Source: Octopus vulgaris (taxonomy: Eukaryota). Taken from it: a DNA stretch of 64,000 nt. Within the stretch, counting starts at the first letter, position 1; every line of letters starts with the position of its first letter. Below, piece by piece: positions 41,509-56,760 of this stretch. The notes under the pieces were generated by a model. The model had not been told where the DNA came from and ran no database searches. It saw only the letters and a program-made list of their open reading frames with translations. Position numbers and translations under genes: made by a program. The stretch is from NCBI GenBank assembly GCA_951406725.2, contig OX597834.1:13888001-13952000 (forward strand), in the 5' to 3' direction.

Positions 41509-43362
41509 CTTATTGCGTTTGTGATGTGTTACATTTGTGTGTGCATTTGTTTGCTTCATATTTTCGTCATTACTAAATATCTGGAAAATTATATTTTCAG
41601 ATTGGGCATAACACAATATCGTTAATATCATAAACTAGATGCGTGTTCTCGATCACAGAAAATGCAGGAGATGTTTATAGAGATGCCTCAAATCACATCA
41701 TAATATCTTAATATAGTACCAAAATACGTTACTTTTAATTACAGTATATCACGGAAAACTGATGAAGAAAATGTTGGAATCGTTGGATCTCCACATTCTT
41801 TTATTGTTAGTTATATCTAGAGCAGTGGAAGGGCTGGAGCAATAAAGCGTCAGATCAAAGGATCAGTGAAATACAGTGCTCCAATCACTTTGACTTATAA
41901 ATTAAGGTATTCTGCATTCGTAAGATATAGCAAGTAGTGTAATTCTTACGGGACTAATCCCATAGAAAATATACGAGATCTAAAATAGTCGTCCGAAAAT
42001 ATGGGTGTCCAACTAAAATTTACGAAACCATATGAAAGAAAAGAGGATTTGTACAATCCACGAGCCATGCTTAAAACACATCAGTCCTTGTAACCGTAAT
42101 ATTTCTTAGAGCCTTCAAGATCGCCCAGTTCATAATCTTTAACCAAGGACATTTTTATAATCCGGATATGACTGGAGATTTTATATAATGGATTAAACAC
42201 GTAGCCAAAGTTATTCATAAGAGGAAAACGGAGGATCCATATTACCAGCGCGTAGAATAGTTTCTTAACAAGGAATAATGACGCGTATTTCTGTTGGGGA
42301 AAAAAAATCTATTTCAAAGTGACTAGTAGCGAATCAGAAAATATTGTTGAGCAAATTAACATGGTTCCAAACTGGGTAATATAATAATTAAGCCTATGGT
42401 GAAACAGCGACTTTAACAAGACTATAATCAATATATTTAGTTCGCTGAGTGTCATGCACAAATCTGCAAACACAAATGGTTCTTACGACACAACGTTCGA
42501 TTTATTCAGTATGTTGAGCCGTGTTAAATTTCTCTTTCAACGTCTAGGCTAATATTTACCTATTTTAAAGCATTTGGCTACGTTAATACCTGGTCTTCGA
42601 AAATAACCGTTCGGGTAATCATTTGCAATATATGGATAATGGCATGTCACAGACTTCTGACATTCCTCTCTCATTAAGACTTCTGACATTCCTCTCTTAA
42701 TTTATTGCAACATTTTTACTCCACAACTGCAATTTTGCTAAATATTTTGTAAGGATATACAGTACAGAATATGCATGTAGCGCGTCAAATCCAACACTGT
42801 ATAACACTGAATGTAATTGTCGCTGTAAGAAAATTCGCTTCCATTATGGCCATGTGTTTTTTCTCTGCCATTGATATGGACAGCTTGAAAATGTGTCGAA
42901 TATATTTTTTCCCTTCCGAATTGGATGCGGTAACTTAATCTGGAATCGCTTCTAACTATTTTAAATTGCATTATTGTACAAAAGTCACACATTCTTCTAT
43001 AAAAAGAAAATGATTTAAATGCATTTGGATATAACTTCGTTGCCTTTAACGGTAGTTACAGGCTCACACGCTTCTAAACGTTGCGGGCATTAAAAAAATT
43101 GTAAAATTAAGAGGAAATTCAAGATGTCAAAGAGAATTTTAAAACCAAAACTCATACCGTCGCTTTTTTGGATCCTGCCCATATCATTCATTGCTGCATT
43201 TGCCTACATTTTGCACACTTTTTTCTCATAGGAAATGTTTCTTAGTTTTGCCATTATTTTAATATTACATGATCGATTTCCAGCCTAAGTTTAATCTTTA
43301 TATTGTTCGTACAATCTCCTACGTTCTGTTTTACAGTTTCACTTCACAGTTACCTGATATTA

Positions 43363-43682
43363 AAAAGACTCCGCCGGTTACGACGACGAGGGTCCCAGCT
43401 GATACGATCAACGGAACAGCTTGTTCGTGAAACGTGCAAATGGCTGAGCATTCCACAGACACGTGTACCCTTAACGTAGTTCTCGGGGATAATCAGCGTG
43501 ACACAGAGAGTGACAAGGCTGACCCTTTGAAATACAAGTACAACTCATTTTTGCCAGCTTAGTGGACTGGAGCAACGTGAAATAAAGTGTCTTGCTCAAG
43601 GACACAACGCGTCGCCGGGAATCGAACTCACAAACTTACGATCATGAGCCGAATGCCCTAACCACTAAGCCACGCGCCCTCG
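43363..43682 (-). mobile_element. SINE family C (own tRNA-like head and central domain, family B tail) with TSD
   Basis: Minus-strand head gggcgcgtggcttagtggttagggc..gagttcgattccc..gtgtccttgagcaagacac; tail shared with 31832; TSD cctgatatta at 43353-43362 and 43683-43692. Confidence 0.9.
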
Positions 43683-43802
43683 CCTGATATTACGACTGCT
43701 GTGTCATACCAAGAGATTAAAGAGCAATACATTGTGTTTATGTAGTAAAGCTGTTAAACTTAAATTTCCACATTTAGTTAATAAGCCCCTATTTACTTTA
43801 TA

Positions 43803-44165
43803 CAGGATTGGCTGTGGGGTAAGTAGCGTGCTTACCAACCACGTGGTTCCAGGTTCACTCCCACTGTGTGGCATCTTGGGCAAGTGTCTTCTGCTATAGC
43901 CTCGGGCCGACCAAATTCGTGAGTGGATTTGGTAGACGGAAACTGAAAGAAGCCCGTCGTATATATATATATGTTAGTGTGTCTGTGTTTGTCCCCCAAC
44001 ATCGCTTGACAACCGATGCTGGTGTGTTTATGTCGCCGTAACTTAGAAACGATATAATTAGTACTAGGCTTACAAAGTCCTGCGGTCGACTTTTTCGACT
44101 AAAGGCGGTGCTCCAGCAGGGCCGCAGCCAAATGACTGAAACGAATAAAATAAAATAAAATAAAA
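43803..44165 (+). mobile_element. SINE family A copy with internal deletions
   Basis: Head, body and tail recognisable. Confidence 0.88.
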
Positions 44166-44605
44166 TCTCTCTCCCTCTCTCCCTCTCTCTCACTCTTTAC
44201 CTGATCAAAATATTAGTTTGCGTTAGATTAAAGGTAATATATTCTAAATACAATCAACATTCAATAGTCAGCCTACATAAATGTAGGATACAGTTACATA
44301 TATTATATTTGGGTGATATAAAATATTGGTGGCCTTTAAATTTTGTTTGCATTCGAGACTGTTTTAATTATCTAATCTCAGCAGTTTTAACATATTCTTC
44401 TCATCTCTTGCCATCTTCATTTGTTGCTGTTTTGCAGTCATATAATTTTATGATAAGCTCTGATACTACTGAAAGTCTGTATAAAGTAGATGGGAACATA
44501 TCAACGTTAAGTTGCTATTTCAGGAAGCACAATTAGGAACAATCTTGTTGCGTGAATGATTACATGCCGTGTAATGTAGTATTATTTTCCGCATATCGCA
44601 TTTCT

Positions 44606-44607
44606 AT

Positions 44608-44660
<53 letters not shown>

Positions 44661-44679
44661 TTACTACTACTACTAGTAT

Positions 44680-44740
<61 letters not shown>

Positions 44741-44756
44741 ACTACTACTACTACTA

Positions 44757-44801
<45 letters not shown>

Positions 44802-44905
44802 TTACTACTACTACTACTACTGTAATTGTTATTATTAGTAGTAGTTTTACTGTTGTTATTGCTATCATATTCGTCGTCGTCATCATCATCATCATATCAT
44901 CATCA
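44606..44905. repeat. (ACT)n/(GCT)n/(CAT)n compound microsatellite
   Basis: Direct reading; source of the poly-T/poly-V ORFs. Confidence 0.96.
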
Positions 44906-45138
44906 TCAACCTTCTTAAGCATAATTGTGTCTGAGAAAAAACGGCGTATTGCTCGAATGCACGTTTCAGGGTGGTGCCAACGATGGCCTTCGTTCAATGA
45001 TCGGAAAGAGTTAATAGAGATAAATTAACCCACTTTCGTGGTAAAAATGACTTGTGCTCTTACTCGAAAGGGCCAGCCTTATGACGTCTTGTGTCATGCT
45101 CAATTTCCTTGAGAGCTGTGTTACGTTTATGCGTTCTT

Positions 45139-45536
45139 GTGGAGGCGCAATGGCCCAGTGGTTAGCGCAGCGGACTCGCGGTCATAGGATCGCGGTTTCG
45201 ATTCCCAGATCGGGCGTTGTGAGTGTTTATTGAGCGAAAACACCTAAAAGCTCCACGAGGCTCCGGCGGGGGATGGTGGTGATCCCTGCTGTACTGTTTC
45301 ACCATAACTTTCTCTCACTCTTACTTCCTGTTTCTGTTGTACCTGTATTTCAAAAGGCCGGCCTTGTCACTCTCTGCGTCACGCTGAATATCCCCGAGAA
45401 CTACGTTAAGGGTACACGTGTCTGTGGAGTGCTCAGCCACTTACACGTTAATTTCACGAGCAGGCTGTTCCGTTGATTCGGATCAACCGGAACCCTCGTC
45501 GTCGTAACCGACGTAGTGCTTCCATCCATCCATCCA
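45139..45536 (+). mobile_element. SINE family B, full length, nested in an older decayed copy of the same tail (about 45050-45620)
   Basis: Near-identical to 31832; (TCCA)n end; imperfect TSD acgtttatgc/acgtttacgc; flanks align to the B/C tail. Confidence 0.88.
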
Positions 45537-45888
45537 CGTTTACGCATGTCTGTAGACTGTTCAAGGACTTGCATAATTTCACGAGCAGGACTTTCTCCGC
45601 TTATCGGATCAAATGGCAGTTAAAACTCCAGTTTTGTATATTGCTGTAACTCTACTTCTTTCATTTCCACGCTTAAAAATGGAGTGATTGTCTCTTCCAT
45701 TATTGCAAGTATTAATATTTTCCATTTCAGGATTTATACATTTCTTCACATTAACATATTTGAAATAATTTATGCGTTCTTGTTACATTGAATTTTCTGT
45801 AAGAGATTGGAAACTATGCACAAGTAATACACAGATTTTACTTCATTTAAAAATGGAATTCTCCCAGAATAATTGGCATCGCATAATA

Positions 45889-46026
45889 TTAGGTTGTCCC
45901 AAAAGTTCGTAAATCTGGAATATAAAGATGAAGGTAACTATAACAATATAAACCCAAAGAAACAATTAAAAATTGCATAAAAATACACATTTTCGCAAGT
46001 GTTTACGAACTTTTGGGACAACCTTG
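45889..46026. mobile_element. Mariner-type MITE, 138 bp
   Basis: TIRs aggttgtcccaaaagttcgtaaa / tttacgaacttttgggacaacct with flanking TA dinucleotides. Confidence 0.88.
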
Positions 46027-46890
46027 TATTTGGAAAAATGTATATTAACATTGTTAAAATAGCTATTTGCTAAGAAATGCATAAAGCACTAGAGCACCGA
46101 AGTCCGGTTTCAAGAGAATATAGAGAAGCAGTGCCAGTATATATCTCTATTTAAAATCGACTAACAATCAATCAACATAATTTATATTCAGTAAACCAAA
46201 TAATGTGATAGTGTTGAAACAGAAATAGTTCAGAGATAGAAGTTTATGTGCTCTCGAAAGATTTCATAAAATGTTGTATGAATTAGATATATTCCTAAAT
46301 CTAAAAGAGTAATACAATAACGAATAAATACATATATAATTGCGTAAAACACGGGGTACTGTAAGAAACATTAAGCTTTATATATTTAATTAGAATTCCA
46401 ATTATACTATATATATTTCCCGTGAAGTTAATATATATTTCCGCCAAAAATATTTGAATTCATATTCCTATAACTATCTTACTTTAAGCACTAACGGCTT
46501 CGTGACAAGCAGTGGAACATTTCACACACTTGAAGACGCTGGAATTCTTGCGGCTTTTATGATTCTCAGAAAATAGCTAGATTAGTTGGAAATTCAATAA
46601 TTTGACATAAATTCAAACTGTGTGTAAAATCTATATATATGAAAGTACATAATGTTCATTGTTTGTCGTTAAGAAGGGAATTTAAGTTGTGACCATAAAT
46701 ATATTATAGGTAATTTTTCCCCGAGTTTTAACGACAGAAATTTTTCGTGCAACTGGTTCAGAGAAATAAATTGACTGAAAGATTATTTATAAAGATCTCT
46801 TTCTCTATGCCTCTACTCTCTCTCCTACTTTCTCTCTCGCACACACACAAACGCACGCGCGCAAACATATTCCCCCTCTCTCTTTATATC

Positions 46891-46940
<50 letters not shown>

Positions 46941-46984
46941 AGTATGTATTCATATATTAATATATATTTATGTGCAAGTATTAT

Positions 46985-47032
<48 letters not shown>

Positions 47033-47229
47033 ATGTATACATATATGTACGTATATACGAGCTGAAATATTTTTAAGGATTTATATACATATATATGTGT
47101 GTCTATATATGCATATCTAAAAGTAAAACTCACGAACAATTAAGGAGCTGAGGTAAGGAAAAGTGCATATATATGTATACGTATATATACGTATATATAT
47201 TGCATATATATATATATACATATATATGC

Positions 47230-47269
<40 letters not shown>

Positions 47270-47685
47270 GTATTAGTATATCTATAGACACATACATATA
47301 TATACCTGTGTCTATATATATACATATCTAAAAGTACAACACGTGAAAAAAAATATAGAAGCTAGGGTAGGGGAAATTGACACTTACATTTATTTTGAAT
47401 ACTATATACTTTTTGGAATCATAATGGAATTCAATATTACTTCACATATGACTTAATATAAAGTGTATTTAATTTCCAACTCACTAGAATACATTTTATT
47501 GCATACGAGTTAAACTTAGGAAGATGAAAATTACTTGGACATTCCACATCACGAAATCTGTGATAAAATGGTCGGGTTTTTTACAATTTTTATACACCTT
47601 CACGTGAATAAAACAATAAAACCATCAGTCTACACAAGTCCATAAGTGATGAACATTACCGAGATATCGAAATTTGTTCTTTACG

Positions 47686-47729
<44 letters not shown>

Positions 47730-47789
47730 AGTATGTATCCATATTCATATATTTATATATATTTATGTGTAAGTATTATATCATGTACG

Positions 47790-48380
<591 letters not shown>

Positions 48381-49224
48381 TAGTATGTATATACTATGTA
48401 TAGACCAAAACACCTGTTGGTGATTTCGTTTAATAAACTCGTAGGATGATATAATGATATCCAAGAGAATCACTCCTTTTACAAAGTTCGTAGCTAAAAT
48501 CCTAAATTTAGAAAAGAAAATTACGGCCTACTATTGGAAAGTAGCATATTCCATTACGTTTCTGCAACTAATTTGGCCGTCTTGACCAGGAGTTATAAAG
48601 TGAAAATCAAGTTAAGTACAATTTGACAGTTGGGCCATCCAAACATCGTAATTGACTTTTACTTGTCGCTAATTTCAGAAGGGGTTGAATAGCAACTGTC
48701 AGGGCTGTCAATAGATGTGAGACATTGCATGGCATCTAGGAACCCCAAAGGCCACATTGCTATGTAGTCAATTAACCTGCACGAAATAACAGCCAAATCC
48801 ACAGAAAATCTAACGGAATTACATTGGATATTGTTATAGGGTATACATTTACAAATGAAAAAAAATGGTTATTCATGAATCTCATAATAAACTATATCAA
48901 TTTATTAAATAACGATTGCAGCTGAGAAGCAAGAGCAATACGACCTTTTCTTATTGCTACTATTACTAATATATTACTAATAATTCTGGTACAAATAATA
49001 ATTACTAGAGCAAAAACGAAATGAGCAGCGACAGAAATATTGCCCTTGAGATGCAAGAAGCGGAGGTTTTTCTTTGAGTGAGTCATCACCCAAAACATTG
49101 CAGTCAAAGGGATCGAATATAAAATACATACATTAAACTTCCTAGAATTTTTAATTAAAATCATGGTACACCGTTCTATTCCTGAAGAAATACGTTGCGA
49201 GTTGGTCAAAATTTAAAAAACAAA

Positions 49225-49860
49225 AAGACTGGCCACACGGCAAAAACCTCGAATTCTGCTGCCCATTGTGATCTCCCCATACAAAACAAAACATCTCTAA
49301 GATTGAATCACCCCCAGAGGGCACTAACTAAACGAGTTGAAGCCATGATTGATCTCGGTTATTGGGAACGCCTTAAAGCCTTGAAACTCTACTCTGTCGA
49401 GCGCCGCTGCGAGCGGTCCATCATTTGTACAATGTGGAGAATATACCGGGAGCATTGCCCAAACGACCTGAACATTAGTTTCAAGGTTCATACAAGGCTG
49501 GGATCACGGGACATATGTCCCCTGCCCAATTCAGGATCATAACATTTAGGTACAGTGTGTGCGACACAATTTCTTTTCCTCAACAGGCCCTGCCCTGTTT
49601 AACATTGTCCCACAACAGATCAAAAAGGAAAAGGATCCCATCCCCTTTAGACGGAGTGTGGACAAATTTCTTCAAGGAATACCAGATAGGCCACTCATAC
49701 TTCGATGCAGCTCACTCAACAAGAACTCACTACTTCAATGGTCCATAAATAAAACTTGACTTAAAAAGGATTTAGATAATCTTATCAGGTGTTGCTATTA
49801 AGTTAGACATGGCCTTGACCAATCCTTGGTCAAGTTTTATCTAGGTTTTCTAAGTTTTTA
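49225..49860 (+). pseudogene. 3' end of a CR1-group LINE (post-RT C-terminus, 3' stem-loop and short tandem tail)
   Basis: QRALTKRVEAMIDLGYWERLKALKLYSVERRCER and FSSTGPALFNIVPQQIK..FRRSVDKFLQGIPDRP are typical LINE ORF2 C-terminal motifs; hairpin cttgaccaa-tcc-ttggtcaag then tctaggttttctaagttt. Confidence 0.8.
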
Positions 49861-50041
49861 TCAAAGACAGTTTAACAAATTATTTGACACGCATTCGCAA
49901 TAAACAACAACCACTAAATTTTGAGTTTCGGTACAGGTTTTATCTTTCAGAATGAATATCACACACAGATAAAAAAGCATTGCAATATTTTGACTTATGT
50001 CCGTATCTCTTCTCTTCATCTTTCTCTGTCTTTCAGTCTCT

Positions 50042-50108
<67 letters not shown>

Positions 50109-50179
50109 ATGTGTGTATAAGTACGAGTGCCTGTCTGTGTCTGTATGACTGTGTGTGTATAATAATATGTATATAATAT

Positions 50180-50238
<59 letters not shown>

Positions 50239-50372
50239 TATGTACATATATATATAGACATATATATGTTCATATATATATATATAAAGGCGGTGCTCCA
50301 GCATGGCCGCAGTCATATGACTGAAACAAGTAAAAGAATATAAGAATAAAAGAGAGAGAGACATATAGATAG

Positions 50373-50443
<71 letters not shown>

Positions 50444-50451
50444 GAGTTAGT

Positions 50452-50537
<86 letters not shown>

Positions 50538-51156
50538 TAGGAATACTGAGGAAGAGAGAGGAATATCGGCTTTAAATTCTTGCTTGCAAATCGTTACAAG
50601 AGTGAACGACAATATTTCCCTCTCTGGTATCGTTACATAAAATCTTCGTAATATAATATACATTAATAATTTATGGCTTGCCAGGAGAGGAATTGCGACA
50701 TCCAAGTCACTTTTCACAGATTCCGAAATTGTGAGAAATAACGGAAGAATTTATTTCAAGTTGGGATTTGGCAGGAATAATTAGAATACAAATGATTCCA
50801 GTAAATGGACTCGAGGGTCGATTTGTTGTGCAAAGCAGCTCTGAGATTCAGCGAAATGTTAACGTACGAGATTAGCTCGACGATGCTTTGAGAAGTCGTA
50901 TAAATTTGTGGTATGATGTCAATGGTATGATGTCAACTTTATTTAGAATTTAGTACATGTAAAGTACATTGATGAAAGTATGGTGAAGATGAGGTGTAAG
51001 AAATTGAGAATCATGTTAGATAAGAAAAGAAAGAAATAGGAAAATAATCCGGTATCTATTCGTTGATGAATTAAAATTCCGATGCCAAACACTAATATGG
51101 CCGCCAGCAATTTCGAGATCACTTCACTTGTTTGAATACGTATTTAGAAAGGAGGT

Positions 51157-51211
<55 letters not shown>

Positions 51212-51408
51212 TGTGTGTGTATGTACATACATGCATACATATATACACATACATATATATATACATACATATATATATAGAGATGTATGTGTATATATAT
51301 ATATATATGTAGAAAGAATAGCCATAACGCTTTGACTGCTATTTCTAAATTCGGTGTGCGGTGAGGCAAATCGTTGCTAAACCCTTAATTACTTAGTATA
51401 TTTATATA

Positions 51409-51501
<93 letters not shown>

Positions 51502-51686
51502 GTACATATACACATTACATATCAGACAAAAGGAGGGAATACTAGTAAGCTGAAATTCCAAACATACAAAAACGAAATATAAGAGGTACTAAATCTGTTA
51601 TAGTTCTTTATAGATGACGTGTTTATTTTCAGAAAATATGCTCCGTACTCTTATGTCATTTTCAGTTCCACGTTTACATTCTATAT

Positions 51687-51860
51687 GCAGGGTGCAATCG
51701 GTAAATTGTCGCCATATTATATTTTTATTTTCGCGCGTGGAGTCTGTTTGTCTTTGATTTGGTCGACTAAACAGTAGGATCAGTAGGCCACCGTCTGAGA
51801 GAAAAATAGAACCAAGACGCGCTGTACTGCTTGGCATTCGCCCCGGAAGCTGTAGTATCA
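51687..51860 (+). mobile_element. Probable left end of a Tc1/mariner-superfamily transposon
   Basis: cagggtgcaatcggtaaattgtcgcc resembles a CAGGGTG-type TIR; a following RAVLLGIRPGS remnant could be a transposase N-terminus; no partner TIR seen. Confidence 0.35.
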
Positions 51861-51980
51861 ACATGTATCAAAATGGACGAAAAATGGACAAAAAGGGACC
51901 TAGAGTATGACCTATAGGTAATAGGCAGGCGGTGAGAAAGAAATAACATATACAGCTACACTTAATTATACTTAATTATA

Positions 51981-52400
51981 GAGGCGGCGAGCAGGCATAA
52001 ACGTTAGCACGCTGGACGATATACGTAGCCGTATTTCGTCTGCCGTTACGTTCTGAGTTCAAATTCCGCCGAGATCGAATTTGCCTTCTATCCTTTCGGG
52101 GGTCGATAAATTAAGTACCAGTTACGCACTGGGGCCAATGTAATCGACTTAATCCGATTGCCTGTCCTTCTCTGTCCCTACTGTGTTTAGCCCCTTGTGG
52201 GTAGTAAAAAAGTAGGTATTTCATCTGCCGTTACGTTCTGAGTTCAAATTCCGCCGAGGTCGACTTTGCCTTTCATCCTTTCGGGGGTCGATAAATTTAG
52301 TACCAGTTACGCACTGGGGTCGATGTAATCGACTTAATCCGAATGTCTGTCCTTCTCTGTCCCCTCCGTGTTTAGCTACTTTTGGGTAGTAAAGAAATAT
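51981..52400 (+). mobile_element. SINE family D: head plus two tandem units
   Basis: Same head and ~185-bp unit as at 19405. Confidence 0.9.
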
Positions 52401-52972
52401 ATACTTAAATATGAGGATATTGTTCATATTATTTTCCTTTTGTAGAATTAAGTTAATCTTAATTGCTAAAACTTCAGAATAACCAGAGGTAAGTTATTCC
52501 TATTGTAGCAAATATTCTTATTTTCCACTATGCCTTTTTCTATAACAAGCATAATCAAATAAGTTAATTCTTTTCAACAACCCGAACGCTGTACATAATG
52601 GATAGTACAGACGGGAAAATAGCTTTCTTCCGAGTACAGCTTGAACATAATTTTGTCGGAAGAATAACAAATACGTCACGAATCATATTGATATTTCAAT
52701 GTAATTTTAAAGACATTTTTTCTATAGGAAATCATCTTTTGGTAGCCATATTATGGAGAGTCATGTGTGACATCGTGTAATATCCGGTGTTGTTATATAA
52801 ACTAAAGACTAATCCAGTAACAGAGGAATAATGAAAAAAAGTACAAAGCAAAACAAAAAACGTTATCTATTGAAGCCTTTGAAATTTTGTTTCACTTTTA
52901 TGTCTGCTGATTCGACCAAATAGGCAACAGTCACAAACTGGTCTCATTTAACCTGACGAACAGATACATAAC

Positions 52973-53023
<51 letters not shown>

Positions 53024-53470
53024 CTACTGAAGATATTATTATATAAAAGAAACAATTTTCTAAAATGACAAGATAAAACAATATATTAAGAAATAGTTCT
53101 GAAATTTTAAAAAATAATACATAAACAGAGGATATTAAATAATGTTCAATCATATATTTGAATTCCCCCATTTTTAATGCAGAATTGTTTTATCTAAGAA
53201 AATATTACATTCAGTTTAAACACTATCTGAAGATATTAATGAATCAATGCTCTTATCTTTTTCTATGCGATATATTAGTGTTCGGATACTGACCTACTGT
53301 TTTAATACATCTACATAGACAGGACTAATATCTAGACGGAAAGCGAAATATAAATACTAATATCAATAAAGAATATCAATAAATCTTCAAACGTGCTAAA
53401 GAAAAAAATTAGGCGAATGAATTGAAGAAAAATTGTTATCATATTACTTTGGTTCGTTGTGATATCACTG

Positions 53471-54088
53471 AAGTAAGTACAGAATCTGTTTTCAAGTAAG
53501 TACCAAGTCAGTTTTCAAGTAAGTACAGACTCTGTCTCCATATAAGAACAGAACGTATTTTAAAGTAAGTACAGAGTCTGTTTTCAAGTGGAGAGAATAT
53601 GTTTCCATAAAAGAACAGATTCTGTTTTCAAGTACATAATCTGTTTCCAAATAAGTACAGAGTCCGTTTTCAAGTACAGAATCTGTTTTCATGAACATAA
53701 TCTGTTTCCATATAAGGACAGAATATATTTCCAAATAAGTACAGAATCTAGTCTTAAGTAAGTAGAGACTCTGTATTCAAGTAATTACAGAATTTCTTTC
53801 AAAGTAAGTACAGAATCCGTCCTCAAGTAAATACATAATATGTTTCCAAATAAGCACAGAATCTGTTTTCAAGTAACTGCAGGAACTGTTTTCAAGTAAG
53901 TACAGATTCTGTTACCATGTAAGTACGGAAACTGTTTTCAAGTAAGTACAGAATCTGTATTGAAGTAAGTACAAAATCTGTTTTCATTTTAGTGCGGACT
54001 ATGTTTTCAAGTAAGCACAGACTTTGTTTGTAAATAAATACAAATACTGTTTTCAAGTAAGTACAGAATCTGTTTTGAAGTACAGAAT
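53471..54088. repeat. Minisatellite, ~23-bp unit (caagtaagtacagaatctgtttt), roughly 25-28 diverged copies
   Basis: Direct reading. Confidence 0.92.
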
Positions 54089-54334
54089 CATTGATTGCTT
54101 CCACCTCTAGCCTTACGTGATGCTCACAGACCTAGGTTTCTGGGATTTATTCAGTGTGAGACAATCACTGGCTGTTGATAAAAGCGATCTCCATTCGCAA
54201 ATACTATATATTCATTAACCGACACACAGCCCTTGATCTCTTATCGAGAAAAGCAACCTGTTTTAAATATCTTAGTGGGAGCGATTACAGTAACAGTAGA
54301 AAATGTTAATGTATATGTATATATATATATATAA

Positions 54335-54661
54335 AGGAGCACTCCGTCGGTTGCAACGACAACGGTCACACCTGATACGATCAACAGAACAGAACAGTCT
54401 GCTCATGAAATTAACGTGCAACTGGTTGAGAACTCAACGGCCTTGCGTATATTTAACGCTGTTCTAAGGTGAATTCAGCGTGACAAAAGTGTGACAAGGG
54501 TGTCATTTTAAATACAGATACTACTCTTTTTCTGCCAGCTGACTGAACTGGAGCGATGTGAAAATATACTGTCTTGCCCCGGGACACAACACGTCACTGG
54601 CAATGGAACACACGAGCTTACAATCATGAATGGAATATCCCAACCATTAAGTCACGCGCCG

Positions 54662-54662
<1 letters not shown>
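54335..54662 (-). mobile_element. Diverged SINE family C copy
   Basis: Colinear with 43363-43682. Confidence 0.8.
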
Positions 54663-54711
<49 letters not shown>

Positions 54712-54781
54712 TATTTAACACTATCAACCAATATATGTATTTATACATATATATTTGATTATATATATATATATATATATA

Positions 54782-54812
<31 letters not shown>

Positions 54813-55624
54813 GCATACATAGTTATATACATACATGCCTTACGTGTAACTTCTATTTATGAAATAGTTCTCAATACTTTGAGTAGAGCAAATGTTTTTA
54901 TTACGATCACGCAAGGAAAGCTTTCTCGTGATTTTAACTTTAGGGTAAATTTAGCGTCGTTAAGCAGAATTATTTTTATGTTCCACTAGCGTTTGCATGT
55001 GAATTGCCAGTTCTGATTATTATGAATGGTTTAGTCCCTCTAGAGGTACGTTGCAGTTTCGCATATATAGTGATGATCAGGATGATATTACTATACATTT
55101 ATTCATGCATAACTTTAATATTCGATTAATTTTACATCCAAGAAATGTGTTAATACGTCTACATCTTTAAAATATCCGATACATTTTTTTTTCTTTTTAG
55201 AATGCACTTAATCATAAATTCAATATTTTTTCTCCAGCATCTTCGCAGAGTAATTGGCGATTTTTTTTACGTAACTTTTCTACTCTGCCATTAACATCAA
55301 ACCCGATGAACACTGAATATCTTTCAAAAGTGATTTGACTCAAAGCTATAACAATTTCAATATTTCCACAATTTTTATGTATCGCTTATATCCTTAGTTT
55401 AAATTATTTTATATAGCCATTAATTTTTTACTAACTTAATGCATGCTTTCTAGTGACAAACACTTTATAATATCTCACTATCAGTTAACTTCTCTTCTAC
55501 TGATATTATTTATTGTCTTAATTTTTAAATCTCATTTTATTGCCATGCCTGCAGAAGAGTTCTTTCTTTTTTTTCATTTCTAGATACTCTAACTGGAATA
55601 ATTTTCAAGCAATATTTTTATTTC

Positions 55625-56760
55625 TGGTAGAATCCTTAGCACGTCGGGCGAAATGTTTAGCGATATTTCGTCTGTCTCTGCGCTCTGAGTTCAAATTCCG
55701 CCGGGGTCGTCTTTGCCTTTCATCATTTCGGGGTCGATAAATTAAGTACCAGTTATACACTTTTGTCGATATAATCGAATTCATCCGTGTGTCTGTCCCT
55801 GTTTGTCCTCTCTGTGTTTAGCCCATTGTGGTTAGTAACGAAATAGGTATTTCGTCTGTCTTTACGTCCTGATTTCAAATTGCACCGACACATTGCGTTT
55901 CGTTCTTTCAAGGCCGAATAAATTAAGTACCAGTTGCGTACTAGGATCGATCTAATCGACGGGACTTCTTCCCCAAAAAACTTAGGGCTTTGTTCGTAGA
56001 ACAGAAAATAATATTATGATTATATAAGGCGGTAAGCTGGCAGGATCGTTAGCACGTCGGGTGAAATGCTGAGCGGTATTTGAGTTCAAATTCCGCCGAG
56101 CTCGACTTTGCTTTCATCCTTTCGGGGTCGATAAATTAAGTACTAGTTACGCACTGGGGCCGATGTAATCGACTTAATCCTTTTGTTTGTCCTTGTTTCT
56201 TCCCTCTGTGTTTAGCTCCTTGTGGGTAGTAAAGAAATAGGTATTTCGTCTGTTGTTACGTTCTCAGTTCAAATTTCGACTAAACTTTGCGCTTCATACA
56301 TTCAGGGTCGATTAAATTAAGCAACAGTTGTGTACTGAGATCGGTCTAATCGATTGGCCCCCTCCTTGCGGCTAGAGTAGAAAATAATATTATAATTTCA
56401 CGTCGGGTGAAATGCTTATCTGTATTTCGTCGGTCTTTATGTTCTGAGTCCAAATTCCGCCGAGGTCGACTTTTCCTTTCATCCTTTCGGGGTCGATAAA
56501 TTAAGTACCAGTTATGCACTGGGATCAATATAATCGACTTCACCCGTCTGTCTGTCCTTGTTTGTCTCCGCTGTGTTTACCCCCTTGTGGGTAGTAAAGA
56601 AATAGGTATTTTGTCGGTCTTTATGTTCTGAGTTCAACTTCCACCGAGGTCGACTTTGCCTTTCATCCTTTCGAGGTTGAGAAATTAAGTATTGGGATAC
56701 ATCTAATCTCCTGGCCAAGTCCCCCAAAATTTCGCCATTTTTTGCCTTGAGGAGAAAAGA
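55625..56760 (+). mobile_element. Cluster of three SINE family D elements, each with two units (about 55625-56010, 56028-56390, 56398-56760)
   Basis: Repeated cacgtcggg.gaaatg head remnant, unit pairs and agaaaa.aatattat ends. Confidence 0.88.

Noticed and set aside
53471-54088. CRISPR-like array
   Set aside because: Contiguous degenerate units without unique spacers, in a eukaryotic context
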